A stretch of DNA of 64,000 nucleotides from Podarcis muralis. Its lineage: Eukaryota. How positions within the stretch are numbered: the stretch's first letter is position 1; the number at the start of each line of letters is the position of its first letter. Positions 42,168 to 53,500 of this stretch are shown one piece after another. The notes under the pieces were generated by a model, which worked only from the letters and a program-made list of their open reading frames with translations, did not search any database and was not told where the DNA came from. Position numbers and translations under genes: made by a program. The DNA lies in contig NC_135655.1 of NCBI RefSeq assembly GCF_964188315.1, positions 20,026,001-20,090,000 on the forward strand, given 5' to 3'.

Positions 42168-44532
42168 TTTCGTAGATTTTCACGGGTACAGGAATGCAGG
42201 TTTTGGTGTCCTCGGGTATCTTCCCGTGTAAAAGTTGGGGTGTCTAGGCGACGTTTCGACGAGGTCTCACTCGTCATCTTCAGGCTGGTGCTTTCGGCTT
42301 CTTGTTACTGGAACAGAGCAGGATCTCAGTGTTTGAGTTCCTATAAATACTGTTGAGGAGGTGTGGCCTCCAATGTTTTGGGCAGAGAGGAAGTTCCCAG
42401 GCTAGTGTGCCTTTTCTTCTTTTGTTCCTTAATTGCTTGAGGGATATCTTGAGTGATTTCTTGAGTGATATCCTGAGTACCACTTAGGTGGGTCATTAGG
42501 TGTGGATTAGTTGCTAAAGCCTTTGTGTCTTGACCTCTTGAACTTTGTGAAGAGTTTTTCTGAGAAGATGGGTGTACTACATTTAGTTGTGCTCTGGCTT
42601 GGCTTCGTGTATAGGGGCGAGCTGTGGTTTTGTGGCCTGTGCCAGCCAGATCTGTGTAGGGATTGCAGGGGGGTGCAGCATCCGGAGGTGCCACCATGGT
42701 TTGGCTACTGGATGGTGTCTGTAATTTATCTGTGGAGAGGGATGACCTACTTGTGAGCTTCGATGTTGTATCTCTCTTCACACAAGTGCCCATTAATGAA
42801 GCCTTGACAGCCATTCAAAACAAATACAATCCCCCCGAATACATCTTGGACCTGACCAACCACTGCCTAACCAACACGTACTTCATCCACAATGGACAAA
42901 GATACAAACAGATAGAAGGAGCACCTATGGGATCACCCCTCTCACCGGTCATCGCAAACCTGTACATGGAACACTTTGAAACCAATGCTTTAGACAAGTC
43001 AGAACACAAACCCAAACTTTGGCTCAGATATGTTGACGACACCTTTGTAATTTGGCCACACGGGAAGGAAAAACTGGACAGCTTCCTCACACATCTCAAC
43101 AGCCTACACCCCAAAATACAATTCACTATGGAAATAGAAGCCAACAACCAACTTCCCTTTCTTGACGTCCTAATCTACAAAAAACCTGATGGCTCCCTAG
43201 GACACACTATCTACCGGAAAAAAACACACACCAACCGCTACTTACATGCACAATCACACCACCACCCTGCACAAATAAACTCCGTAGCCAAGACTCTCAT
43301 CTCCAGAACCAAACGCCTGGCTGACAAAGACCATTTGACAACTGAGTTACAGAATCTCTCAAATGTGTTAATTGCCAATGGATACCAGCAAAACAGGGTT
43401 ACGAAGCTAATCCAAAAAGAAACACCCCCCAAAAACCAAGACACAGAAGAAAACAATGGCATGGCCCTCCTTCCTTATATCAAGGGCACTACAGATAAAA
43501 TTAGCAAAATCCTCCATAAACACAATATCAAAACAGCCTTTTGCGCCAACCAAAAAATAGCCAATATCCTCAGAAACCCCAAGGATAAAATCCAGTTGGA
43601 AAACCAAGGGGTCTATGAAATACCCTGCAAAGTCTGCCCAGCCACGTACATTGGACAAACAAACAGACGAATAAATGCACGTATCGCAGAACACAAGAAT
43701 GCCGTCAAAAAAGAAGAAAAAACTTCCTCTCTCTTCCAACACATGAAAGAAACAGGACACGAAATTAATTTTGCAGATTCCAAATTGCTCTCTAACATGG
43801 AACATCACCACAAGAGAATAATCATGGAAGCCATCGAGATAGAGAAACACCCTCACAACATGAACAAGCGTGACGACACATCCCGCTTGCCAGACATCTG
43901 GAAATTAGCCCTCCCCACAAAAACTGACACCAGATCCAGAGGCACACAGAACGCCATCACCAATCAACCACACCAGACCCAAACCCAGACCCTCTCCACA
44001 GATAAATTACAGACACCATCCAGTAGCCAAACCATGGTGGCACCTCCGGATGCTGCACCCCCCTGCAATCCCTACACAGATCTGGCTGGCACAGGCCACA
44101 AAACCACAGCTCGCCCCTATACACGAAGCCAAGCCAGAGCACAACTAAATGTAGTACACCCATCTTCTCAGAAAAACTCTTCACAAAGTTCAAGAGGTCA
44201 AGACACAAAGGCTTTAGCAACTAATCCACACCTAATGACCCACCTAAGTGGTACTCAGGATATCACTCAAGAAATCACTCAAGATATCCCTCAAGCAATT
44301 AAGGAACAAAAGAAGAAAAGGCACACTAGCCTGGGAACTTCCTCTCTGCCCAAAACATTGGAGGCCACACCTCCTCAACAGTATTTATAGGAACTCAAAC
44401 ACTGAGATCCTGCTCTGTTCCAGTAACAAGAAGCCGAAAGCACCAGCCTGAAGATGACGAGTGAGACCTCGTCGAAACGTCGCCTAGACACCCCAACTTT
44501 TACACGGGAAGATACCCGAGGACACCAAAACC

Positions 44533-44595
<63 letters not shown>

Positions 44596-47500
44596 AAAAA
44601 ATTTATCCTTCAAAGTCACTTTTAAGAAAGCAAACTGGGCTTTGAAGTTTTCCATGGGGAGAAGAGGCAGGGTGGGGGGCAGTACCTTAACTTCTCCGCT
44701 CCACCAACCCTGCCTCCCCCAAAAAGGGGCATAATGGGTAAAGAAAGTGGAGACCTTTCCCCACTTTCATTCCACTCAGAATTGGGAGAAGGGCTGCCCC
44801 CCCCCGCTCTACTTGATGACAAGTGAGCACAGCAAAAAGGGGGTAGACTGGAACCTGTTATTACTTAATTCTTCTTTTTATAATATTGTTTTACTGTTTG
44901 TTTCTGTTTTTATGATACTGTTTAATTGTTTTTATGTTGTAGTTTTAAATACCACTTAAGAGATTTCTGAATATTAAGCAGTTTAGAAATGCTTTTAAAT
45001 AATAAATAAAGTCTTTCCACATCATTTTAATGCATTGTGACAAGATCTTCATACACATTTTCACTGGAGCATCAGCTTTCCAGTCAATGATGACTGAATG
45101 AATGTAATCCATGAATACTGAATAGCCATATGGAATTACCCTTTAAGTAGATCTGCAATCTGGACAAGTCTTTGTTATGACACTTGCCATGTATTAAAAA
45201 TAATGCGCTAGCACAACAAATAATTTCTTTAATTTGATAGTCCTTGTCCTTTTCATTAAACTGACATTGTTGTTGGTTGTTCTTGGCAAAAAATAAAATA
45301 TATCCCCTTTGCGTTTTCGTTTTTTGTTCCACTTCAATCTTACTTCATCTTTCTTATTCAAATGCATTCTGCTTCCTGCAGTGGCTTGGGAGGGCCATCC
45401 CAGTGGACCCATGTCTTGTGGAGGACCTATAATCTCAGGCTTGACCCTGTCAAGCGTCAGCCCTCCATCAGGAGGCTGAGAAGGCAGATGCACCCAAATC
45501 CTAGTTACACCTGTAATCAGTAAAGCTGTGGCCAATTTTAAACTAGGCTTTCACTCCTTGGGGTGGGGTCACTGCAAGTGGATCCACAATGTCCCAAACT
45601 TTCTTTCTTTGATTTGCCCTAGGGGGGCAAGGCAGAAAGGAGGAGTTTCCCAGTACAGTAACAGCACCATCATCCATATTTTATACTCAAAAGCACATCT
45701 CACTAAATTCAACTACTTTCGGTAAGTGTGCAAAGGGTTTAAGCCTAAGTTGGAAATTGATGACAGAATCAAGTCAAAATGAAGCCTGTTTCAGCACAAC
45801 TAAGTTAACTTTTGGTGGACCATGTTCATAAATGTCTATAAGCTATCTGAAATTGGATCAATATATTATCTTTATGATCCTTGTATCGATAAGGCTAACA
45901 ACGGCACTATAGTGAAGTTTATTATTTGAAAATAGGTCTGTAAATATTCTAATATTTCTACTGAAATAGTGCAGCAGAATACCAATGAGCTGTTTACTGG
46001 AGGAAGAGATTATATCAAACATCAGAACAAGAAAGATAAAATGCACAGTCTGGAGCTATGTAATGAACCGTAAACAACTTATTTTTAACAGCATCCAATG
46101 GTAATTATGTCTCCTGCCCACATTTTGCTAACAACTTTTCAGTTTATTTCCAAGGAAACAGTGACCTGCTTACCAAATTTTCTATGGCTTTAGCAATCAC
46201 GTCCTTTATTTTAATATGGTGCACCTTGTAATGTTTACACAGTTCTTCTGCAATGGAAGTTTTTCCTACCCCAGGAGGGCCAAGAATACAAATCTTGACG
46301 GGCTGAAAGAGAAGACATGGAAATGTGTTTATTAAAATAGCTAGTCTTTGTATCCCATGGCAAGAAGTAAAACAAATGGCAAAGGGTACAACCCTATACT
46401 CAAATATGGCCAGTTGGTGAAACAGAATATATAGTGCCACCACAACAAATATGCCAGTGGAATTGTTGAAGGAAAACAAGGCTGGTGGTGTTGTTCCACA
46501 AGTGGAGATATGGTGGTAGAATGATTAAAGAACAGGGAAAGGGGACACTAAGTTGTACCTTATCCTCCTTGACTACAACCACCCTTCCTTCCATCAACAG
46601 CACTACATTAGCCTCAGACCTGTCACAAAGTATCTCTCTCCCCCACCCCCGATTTTAATGAAAGGAAATAGCCACTCTGCTCAGCAAGCCCTACTGAGTC
46701 CAATGAAACTTGCTCCCTGCTAGCAACATCTTACAATATATAAATAAATAGTAAAGGTAAAGGAACCCTGGATGGTTAAGTCCAGTAGAATTTGACTGGG
46801 GGTGTGGCGCTCATCTCCGCTTTCAGGCCAAGGAAGCCAGTGTTTGTCCGCAGAGGGCTTTTCTGGGTCATGACGATTGCCAGAGCACACAGAAACGTTG
46901 TTTAACTTCCTGCCACAGTGGTACCTATTTATCCACTGAAGCTGGTATGCTTTCAAACTGCTAGGTTGGCAGGAACTGGGACAAAGCAACGGGAGCTCAC
47001 CCCGTCACACAGATTCGAGCTGCCAACCTAACAACTGTTAAGCCAAAGAGACTCAGTGGCTTAGACTGCAGTCCCTCCAAAAAACAAATACTATGGTTTC
47101 CTGGGATAGTTCACGTTTCCTCTTGTAAGAGCATACATTGCACCACCTATGGATTATAAAATAACATAAAATATTATTTATTTACCAGTAAGCCTCGACT
47201 TTGCTTGTATTCCTTCACTACTTGATCAATATGCTCCACTATTCCTGCTTGAGCAACCCACTTAATGTTGAAATTCTCCTTCAAATATACAGCTTCCATT
47301 CGCAAGTTCACAAGTAATTCATCCAACTGTTCTTGCTAAAGAAAATGCAATAATTTATTATAATGATGCACTCTTATTAACAGTACTTACAAATGACTTT
47401 TCAACACAGCATTGATGAAAACAATAAAAAGTATAACACCACAATTGTAAAACTAATTAAAAATAGTAAAACACACATTAAGAGAAATGGAAAATCTCAG

Positions 47501-50500
47501 TTTTGAACTGCTTGGCAGAATACATATTTATGAGTTTTTCTAAATAAGAGTATTTCTACATCACCAACTCATAAGAACAATATCATGGCAGTGCACATAG
47601 AATCATTAAAACACCACAAATTTGTTTTAAGCTGTTTCCAAAACACAATCAGGGAAAAAGTTAATGAGCTTCTCAAGTGTGAGCATATCTCCATGCCCAC
47701 ATCCGAGAAGGCCCTGTCCTTGGTAGATGATAATCCAACCTCACAAGAGAATAAAACCTAGAATACGTGGGAAGGTGCTGCTTGAAATAATCAGGGCCCA
47801 GATTCTATAAGGCTTTACAACGTAAATTTAAAAAAAGACCTTTAACTGGACTGAAAAATAAGCTCATGAAGTATGAAAGCCATTCATTTATTATGACTCC
47901 CGCATTCTCTCCAGTAAGTCCACTTCTTCTCTCTCGGATTCTCCCTGTTGATTAAAAAGCTTGACTACTGACCTGATTTTAAACATATAATTTGGCACTG
48001 CATATATCTTTTTAAAACTGTAACTAGCAGTTGCTGTGACTCCCAATCCTAACCCAGTCCTGTAAACACCTCCCCGTAAAAAAGAAAAGCAGTACAAGGC
48101 AGTCGCCACTAAAGTCATGTCAGGGTTCTTTAATCCATTAGCATTAAAGAGTGCTGCTATCTTCTCTGGCAGAAAATATTGGAAGATTAAACAAATACCG
48201 TTAAATCTTTGTTTAGGAAAGCATTTTCTCTTGGAACCTTCTGTGTTTTTCCTGGACCAACATTTCTGCTGATGCACTGTTAAAGAAAAATACTGGGTAA
48301 GTTTTAAATGCAGCAGTAATAAATATCACACATACAGAAAGAAGAATAAAAATAGATTATTAATTGTTTTAAGCCATAAGGCCATAACAATAAGAACCAA
48401 TGATCGAGTAATCAGGTGCCAACAAAAAAAGCACAGCACACCAAAAATTAATATTTCTTCAGAACTATCCCTGCAACACTGCATCGTATTTCTTTGTGCA
48501 AAATTGCTGCAAATTTTGGAAGCTGTCATAGTGGACTGAGCCACCTGCTTTGCAGTTAACATATTTTTCCTGCTCAGCATTGCTGCAATGCTGTGGCCCT
48601 GAGGGGGCAAGAGGATCCACTGGAGCTCGTTTTTTGTAGGTGGAGAAAGAGGCCCACATTAAGTAGAAATCTAACTTAGAATGCATCTTATGGGAAGCTG
48701 CAGAAGGGTTTGCAGGTGGTTCTTCTCTAACATCAGGGCTCCAAGGTCATCAGTGGGAGGTACAACAACAACAACTAATAATAATAATAATAATTTTTAA
48801 AAAAACATAGAAAGAGGAAAAATGCAGACACTCCTTTCACTCTGCTACACGAAACTGCCAAAGCACAGGAAAACACTGTTCACCCACCTTCAGTTTTCCT
48901 TTCCCCTCCCTTTCAGATTGCACTCCATGTCAACTTTATATTACAAAGGCCAATACGAAACATTTTTTAGAATAATCTCCAACAGCCCTTCTCTGGCAGT
49001 TTTGTATAAGGGGTATTCACTGCCCACAAATATTGACCTGCAAATAATTTTTTCATATAAAACTGCTTTTAGAAATTATTTCAATATAGTTTGGGAAGCT
49101 TGGTGCTCATCACAGACCGTTAGTTAATTGAGTAATTCATACCATAATGAAGGTGTTACACATATTCTAGTGATCAGTGTTTATCCCTAGGACTACAGGG
49201 CTCAGCTGAATTTTGTTATGCATCCATAGCAGATTAGCCTTAATGTGGCTGGATGCGACCCACCACTCACTCCTATGCATACAGACTGATCAAGGACTAG
49301 GGATGTATTTGCTAAATATGTCGCAGCCCTAGGTTAAGGAGACAATCAGATAGTGTAGATGTGAGAACTGTTCTTCCTTCAGTATATATTATATGCCACA
49401 TATTGGCAAGCAGTTGTTCCTGGAAGGTAGGTCATAAGGGAATGTGGCTTTTAGTCTGAAAAAGGTTCCCTGCCTCTGATTTAGGACTGCAGTCCTCAAG
49501 ATTTGTTGCAGAGGTTCAAAGTCTTTAAGAAAGAATAATAGACACATGACAGTCAAAAGTCTTAAACTGCTTTACCTTCACTATTTCACTAAAAGTTTGT
49601 ATTGATTCGTCCACTGCAATAAGGTAATGTGTTCTTGGCCTATGATCTGCTATATTCTGTAACACTCTGCAGGGGAGGAAACAAAAGATACAGTTGTCAG
49701 TCACTCAATCTTTAACATCAATATAGAATAAATATACAGAATACAAGTACTATAATTCTTCAAACTCAGGGAGACAAGTTTATATGATGCCTCCTTCTGC
49801 AACTACCTAAAAATCTGCTCCAGAGGGTTAGCATGGGAGGAGCTACAGGAGAAAAAAGTTGGTAAAAGTTGCCTTTCCCTTAAATTTCTGGAAGCCTCCG
49901 TCGCCATTCTGTGAACAGAATGACTAATGCAATTTGCAGAAGGGCATTTTGGATCCAACCCAGTCAGTCTAAACTAGCTGGCATTAAATGAAGATGTCGC
50001 TCACATGTCACGGCTGAGACATACCCATGCAGCTGGAATATCAGGATGGCTCAACCCTTTCAAATGGAAGGTTTGCCGAGAATCTGGTTGGACTCTGCCG
50101 CAAAGGATTTGGAGGGAGCACAAATCTAAAAAAGTATTTCCCCGAGCCCTCCTCAAAATGTAAGGCAGGAGACTTAAAATACAAATTATATGGCAGGAAC
50201 AAAAATCAGTGGATGTAGTTGTAGTCAGATAGCAGCTGGAGGTGGGGCATTGTTTTGTTTTTATTATGTATTTCATGTTTCTATCTTGTATTTTTATGCT
50301 GTGAACCACCCCAAAATCTTCAGATGAAGGGTGGTATACAAATTTAATAAATAACAATACAGTGGTATCTCGAGTTACGAACGCCTCAGGTTACAAACTC
50401 CGCTAACCTGGAAGAGTTACCTCAAGTTGAGAACTTTGCCCCAGGATGAGAACAGAAATCGTGTGCCAGTGGTGCAGCAGAAGCAAAAGGCCTCATTAGC

Positions 50501-53500
50501 AAAAGCACACCTCTAGTTAAGAATAGTTTCAGGTTAAGAACGGACCTCTGGAATGAATTAAGTTCGTAACTAGAGGTACCACTAATGGCTTCTATCTCAT
50601 TTTTAAGAAATTTATCTTGCTCCATAGTAACTAACTGCAACTATTAAATGTGTATGGAAGAGCCGTAGTTCAATGGTGTACATGCTTTTTTCCAGGCAAA
50701 ATGCCCCTGATTCAAGACCTATTATCTCCAGGTAGGGCTGGGGAAAACTCCAGCATGAAACCCTGGAAAGTCATTGCCAGTCAGTGTTGACAATACTGAC
50801 AAGAGGGGCCAAGGGACTGACTAGGTATATGGAAGCTTCCATGAACTTATTATTAAAAACATAAAATGAGAAAGGTACTAATACAGTTCATGAAAGTTTG
50901 CCTCTTGCTAAGGACAATGAAGTCTTAGTTTATTTTACAATATTAGGCATGATTCCTTTTTAGGATGTCTCAAAAAATGAAAGCAATTTTTAAAAGTCAT
51001 CCTTCCTGGAACCCTGAACAGATGAGCATACCTTTGGGTAACACTGATTCTCATTAAGGAAGAAGATGGAAGCTGAGATTCCTGCTTTGCAGGGGGTTGG
51101 ACCAGACAACCCTCAACCCCTGGGTCTCTTCCAACTCTACGATACTATGATTCTAACCCTGAAGTGAGGCATGGCTAAGAAGTATACTTACGCTGCTAAG
51201 TCAACAATGTGAATGGTTGGAATAGCATTTCGTCCATCTCCAAAAATTGGTATTGCCGGAGTCTCACCAAGCCAAGATAACTGGAAAAATAATTGCAGAG
51301 TTGGTAACTTTAGTATATGTGAATGAGGAATCACTCACTCCAGTTGCTACCTCATCAGCTAGAGGAGTCAAATTAACAACATGTTTTATAGGATCTGAGT
51401 TCTACAGCTTTGCAAGTTTTCACATACTTGCAAAAGAAAATGCAAACGAAGGTGAAAGAGTTCGTGGATAACTGCCTTGTCGTGGCAAAGGGGCTTGAAT
51501 AACTCAGAGAAGCTATGAGCTATGCTGTGCAGGGCCACCCAAGACGGACAGGTCATAGTGGAGGGTTTTGACTAAACGTGATCCACCTGGAGCAGGAACC
51601 GGCAAGCCACTCCAGTATCCCTGCCAGGAAAACTCCATGGACAAAAACAACAGGTATATAGAAAGAGTTCAACTTGGTGCCTAATGAAAAAGCACATGTT
51701 CCTGTGACCTGTCACCATTGATGCATCTTCACCAACACAACAGACCACATATTTCACTGCATTTTTAGGACGCAGAACACATATGCTAATTAACACTGAA
51801 CAAATTATTTTGCAAAACTCCTAAAACCCAGTTTGAGGGGGCCCTGATGGAACCCTTCCTCAATTGCTAAGCCCTGGTAGTGACAGCAGCAATAGTCCAA
51901 TTATTTGAGTCTAGCTGCCATTATAATTCCTCCAGTGCCTCTGGTGTAGTGTCACTTAAGGGCAATATAGAAAATTACAATGGCAGCTAGACTCAGGTGC
52001 CCAGCAGTGCTTGAAGCATTAGGCTAGAATATTTTAAAGGGGGAAATCAGTAATGGCTCCTGCTGGGGTCCTGGCCTTGCTTAGGGCTACTCATTGCTCC
52101 TTCATTAAATTGTAACTTAGCATTCCGATGCTGTTTAGTGTTTTTTCCACACCTGCCAAATTTTATATTTTAAAGGAGACAGATTTAGGCCATACCATAC
52201 TTGGCCATAGAAAGTCAACTTGTGAGACATGGGTACAAGTTCTGCCTCTACCATGGAGCTACTGTGCGGCATAGGGCAAGTCTCCCATGTGCTCCATTGC
52301 AGTCCTCCATTCAGAAACTAGGAATAGCAGCACACCTCCAATATTTCAAAGAAGAAAATAGGACACTCTTGGGGCACTCTTAGCACCCAAATCTCTGAGA
52401 ATGGCAATTCCAATAACTCAAATTAAAGATGTTCTTAAAAGGCGTTCTTCAAAAGTCCCCTTGGAAGACAAAATAGGGACTATTCCTGTATAAGAAGAAT
52501 TGGAACATATCTAATAGTGGTGGTCTTGATCAGATTTGCTGACAGAGGAACACAGTAAGAACTGCAGATTTAAAATGCTCAATGAAAATAGCGTAGATTC
52601 CATACAGCAACTCATTTAAATTTCCCAACTCGAACACAGTGCTTGCCATAACATTCTCCTCTCCCTCTTATCTCTTTCCATATTTCCATGTCTACCTTTA
52701 TTTCTTCCTAGGCTGACTGTGCCTTCTTTAGTGACTGATAAGTAAGCTGGAGAACAGCCTTAATGCACCCAGTAACACGATCAGGAAAAGCTGATATCTA
52801 CAGCTCAACCATTTCAGTTCTTATGCTGTTCCTTCATCTGTTACACAGAGAACACTGTGGCTGCATACACACCACACATTTAAAGCACATTCCCTCACCC
52901 CAGCATCCTGGGAACTGTGGTTTGTTATGAGTACTGGGAATTGTAGCTCTGTGAGGGGTAAACCACAGTTCCTAGTTCCTTTTCTTTCTTCCAGATGCAA
53001 TATGGTCAACACTGGTGTCCAGGCAGCTGGAAGTCTGCACCCTGCTAGTTATATTTTAAGAAATTTTCATATCAGTACATGGTTTTCTGAACCAGAGGTA
53101 AATCCTCTGCTAAACTTGTAAAGACCTAATGCCATTTCATTTTACTACATAAGAATAATTTTCCTTGATCAAATCAAACATCCATCTAGTCTAGCATCTA
53201 ATTCCAATAGAGGACATCTTTCTGCATGCTCACAGATTTAAGAATGTATTAAATCCACTTTTTGACGAGTTCTGCAATATTAACTATAATCTAAATTACC
53301 TTGAAATATATCTACCTTAAAGAAGTAGTGTAAAAGCTTTTCTTCAGCTCCATACTGAACACCAGAAGCAACAACATACGTATTAAATTTGCTTTTCGCC
53401 TGTTGATAAGAGTAAAAGTTATTGTGTTAAAAAATGAAAAACATTTTACAAACCTAATTTAAGACAAGTTATTCATTTTCTTATTTATTTAAACCATTTA

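Larger units (their letters stand above)
42166..44536 (+). mobile_element. Penelope-like retroelement, 5'-truncated, with an inverted copy of its 3' end, between (TA)n arrays
   Basis: Uninterrupted frame with RT motifs ([32 protein letters not shown]) then GIY-YIG ([18 protein letters not shown]...RIAEH); 42195-42741 is the reverse complement of 43990-44536; flanked by (TA)21 and (TA)27. Confidence 0.95.

Noticed and set aside
42280-44451. Pairs of identical ORFs on opposite strands (67 aa; MLKPLC...)
   Set aside because: Products of the Penelope inverted repeat, not duplicated genes.
48190-48198. GTATTT donor of AK7 intron 9 as a possible U12 intron
   Set aside because: Lacks the GTATCCTT minor-class consensus; treated as an ordinary U2 donor.
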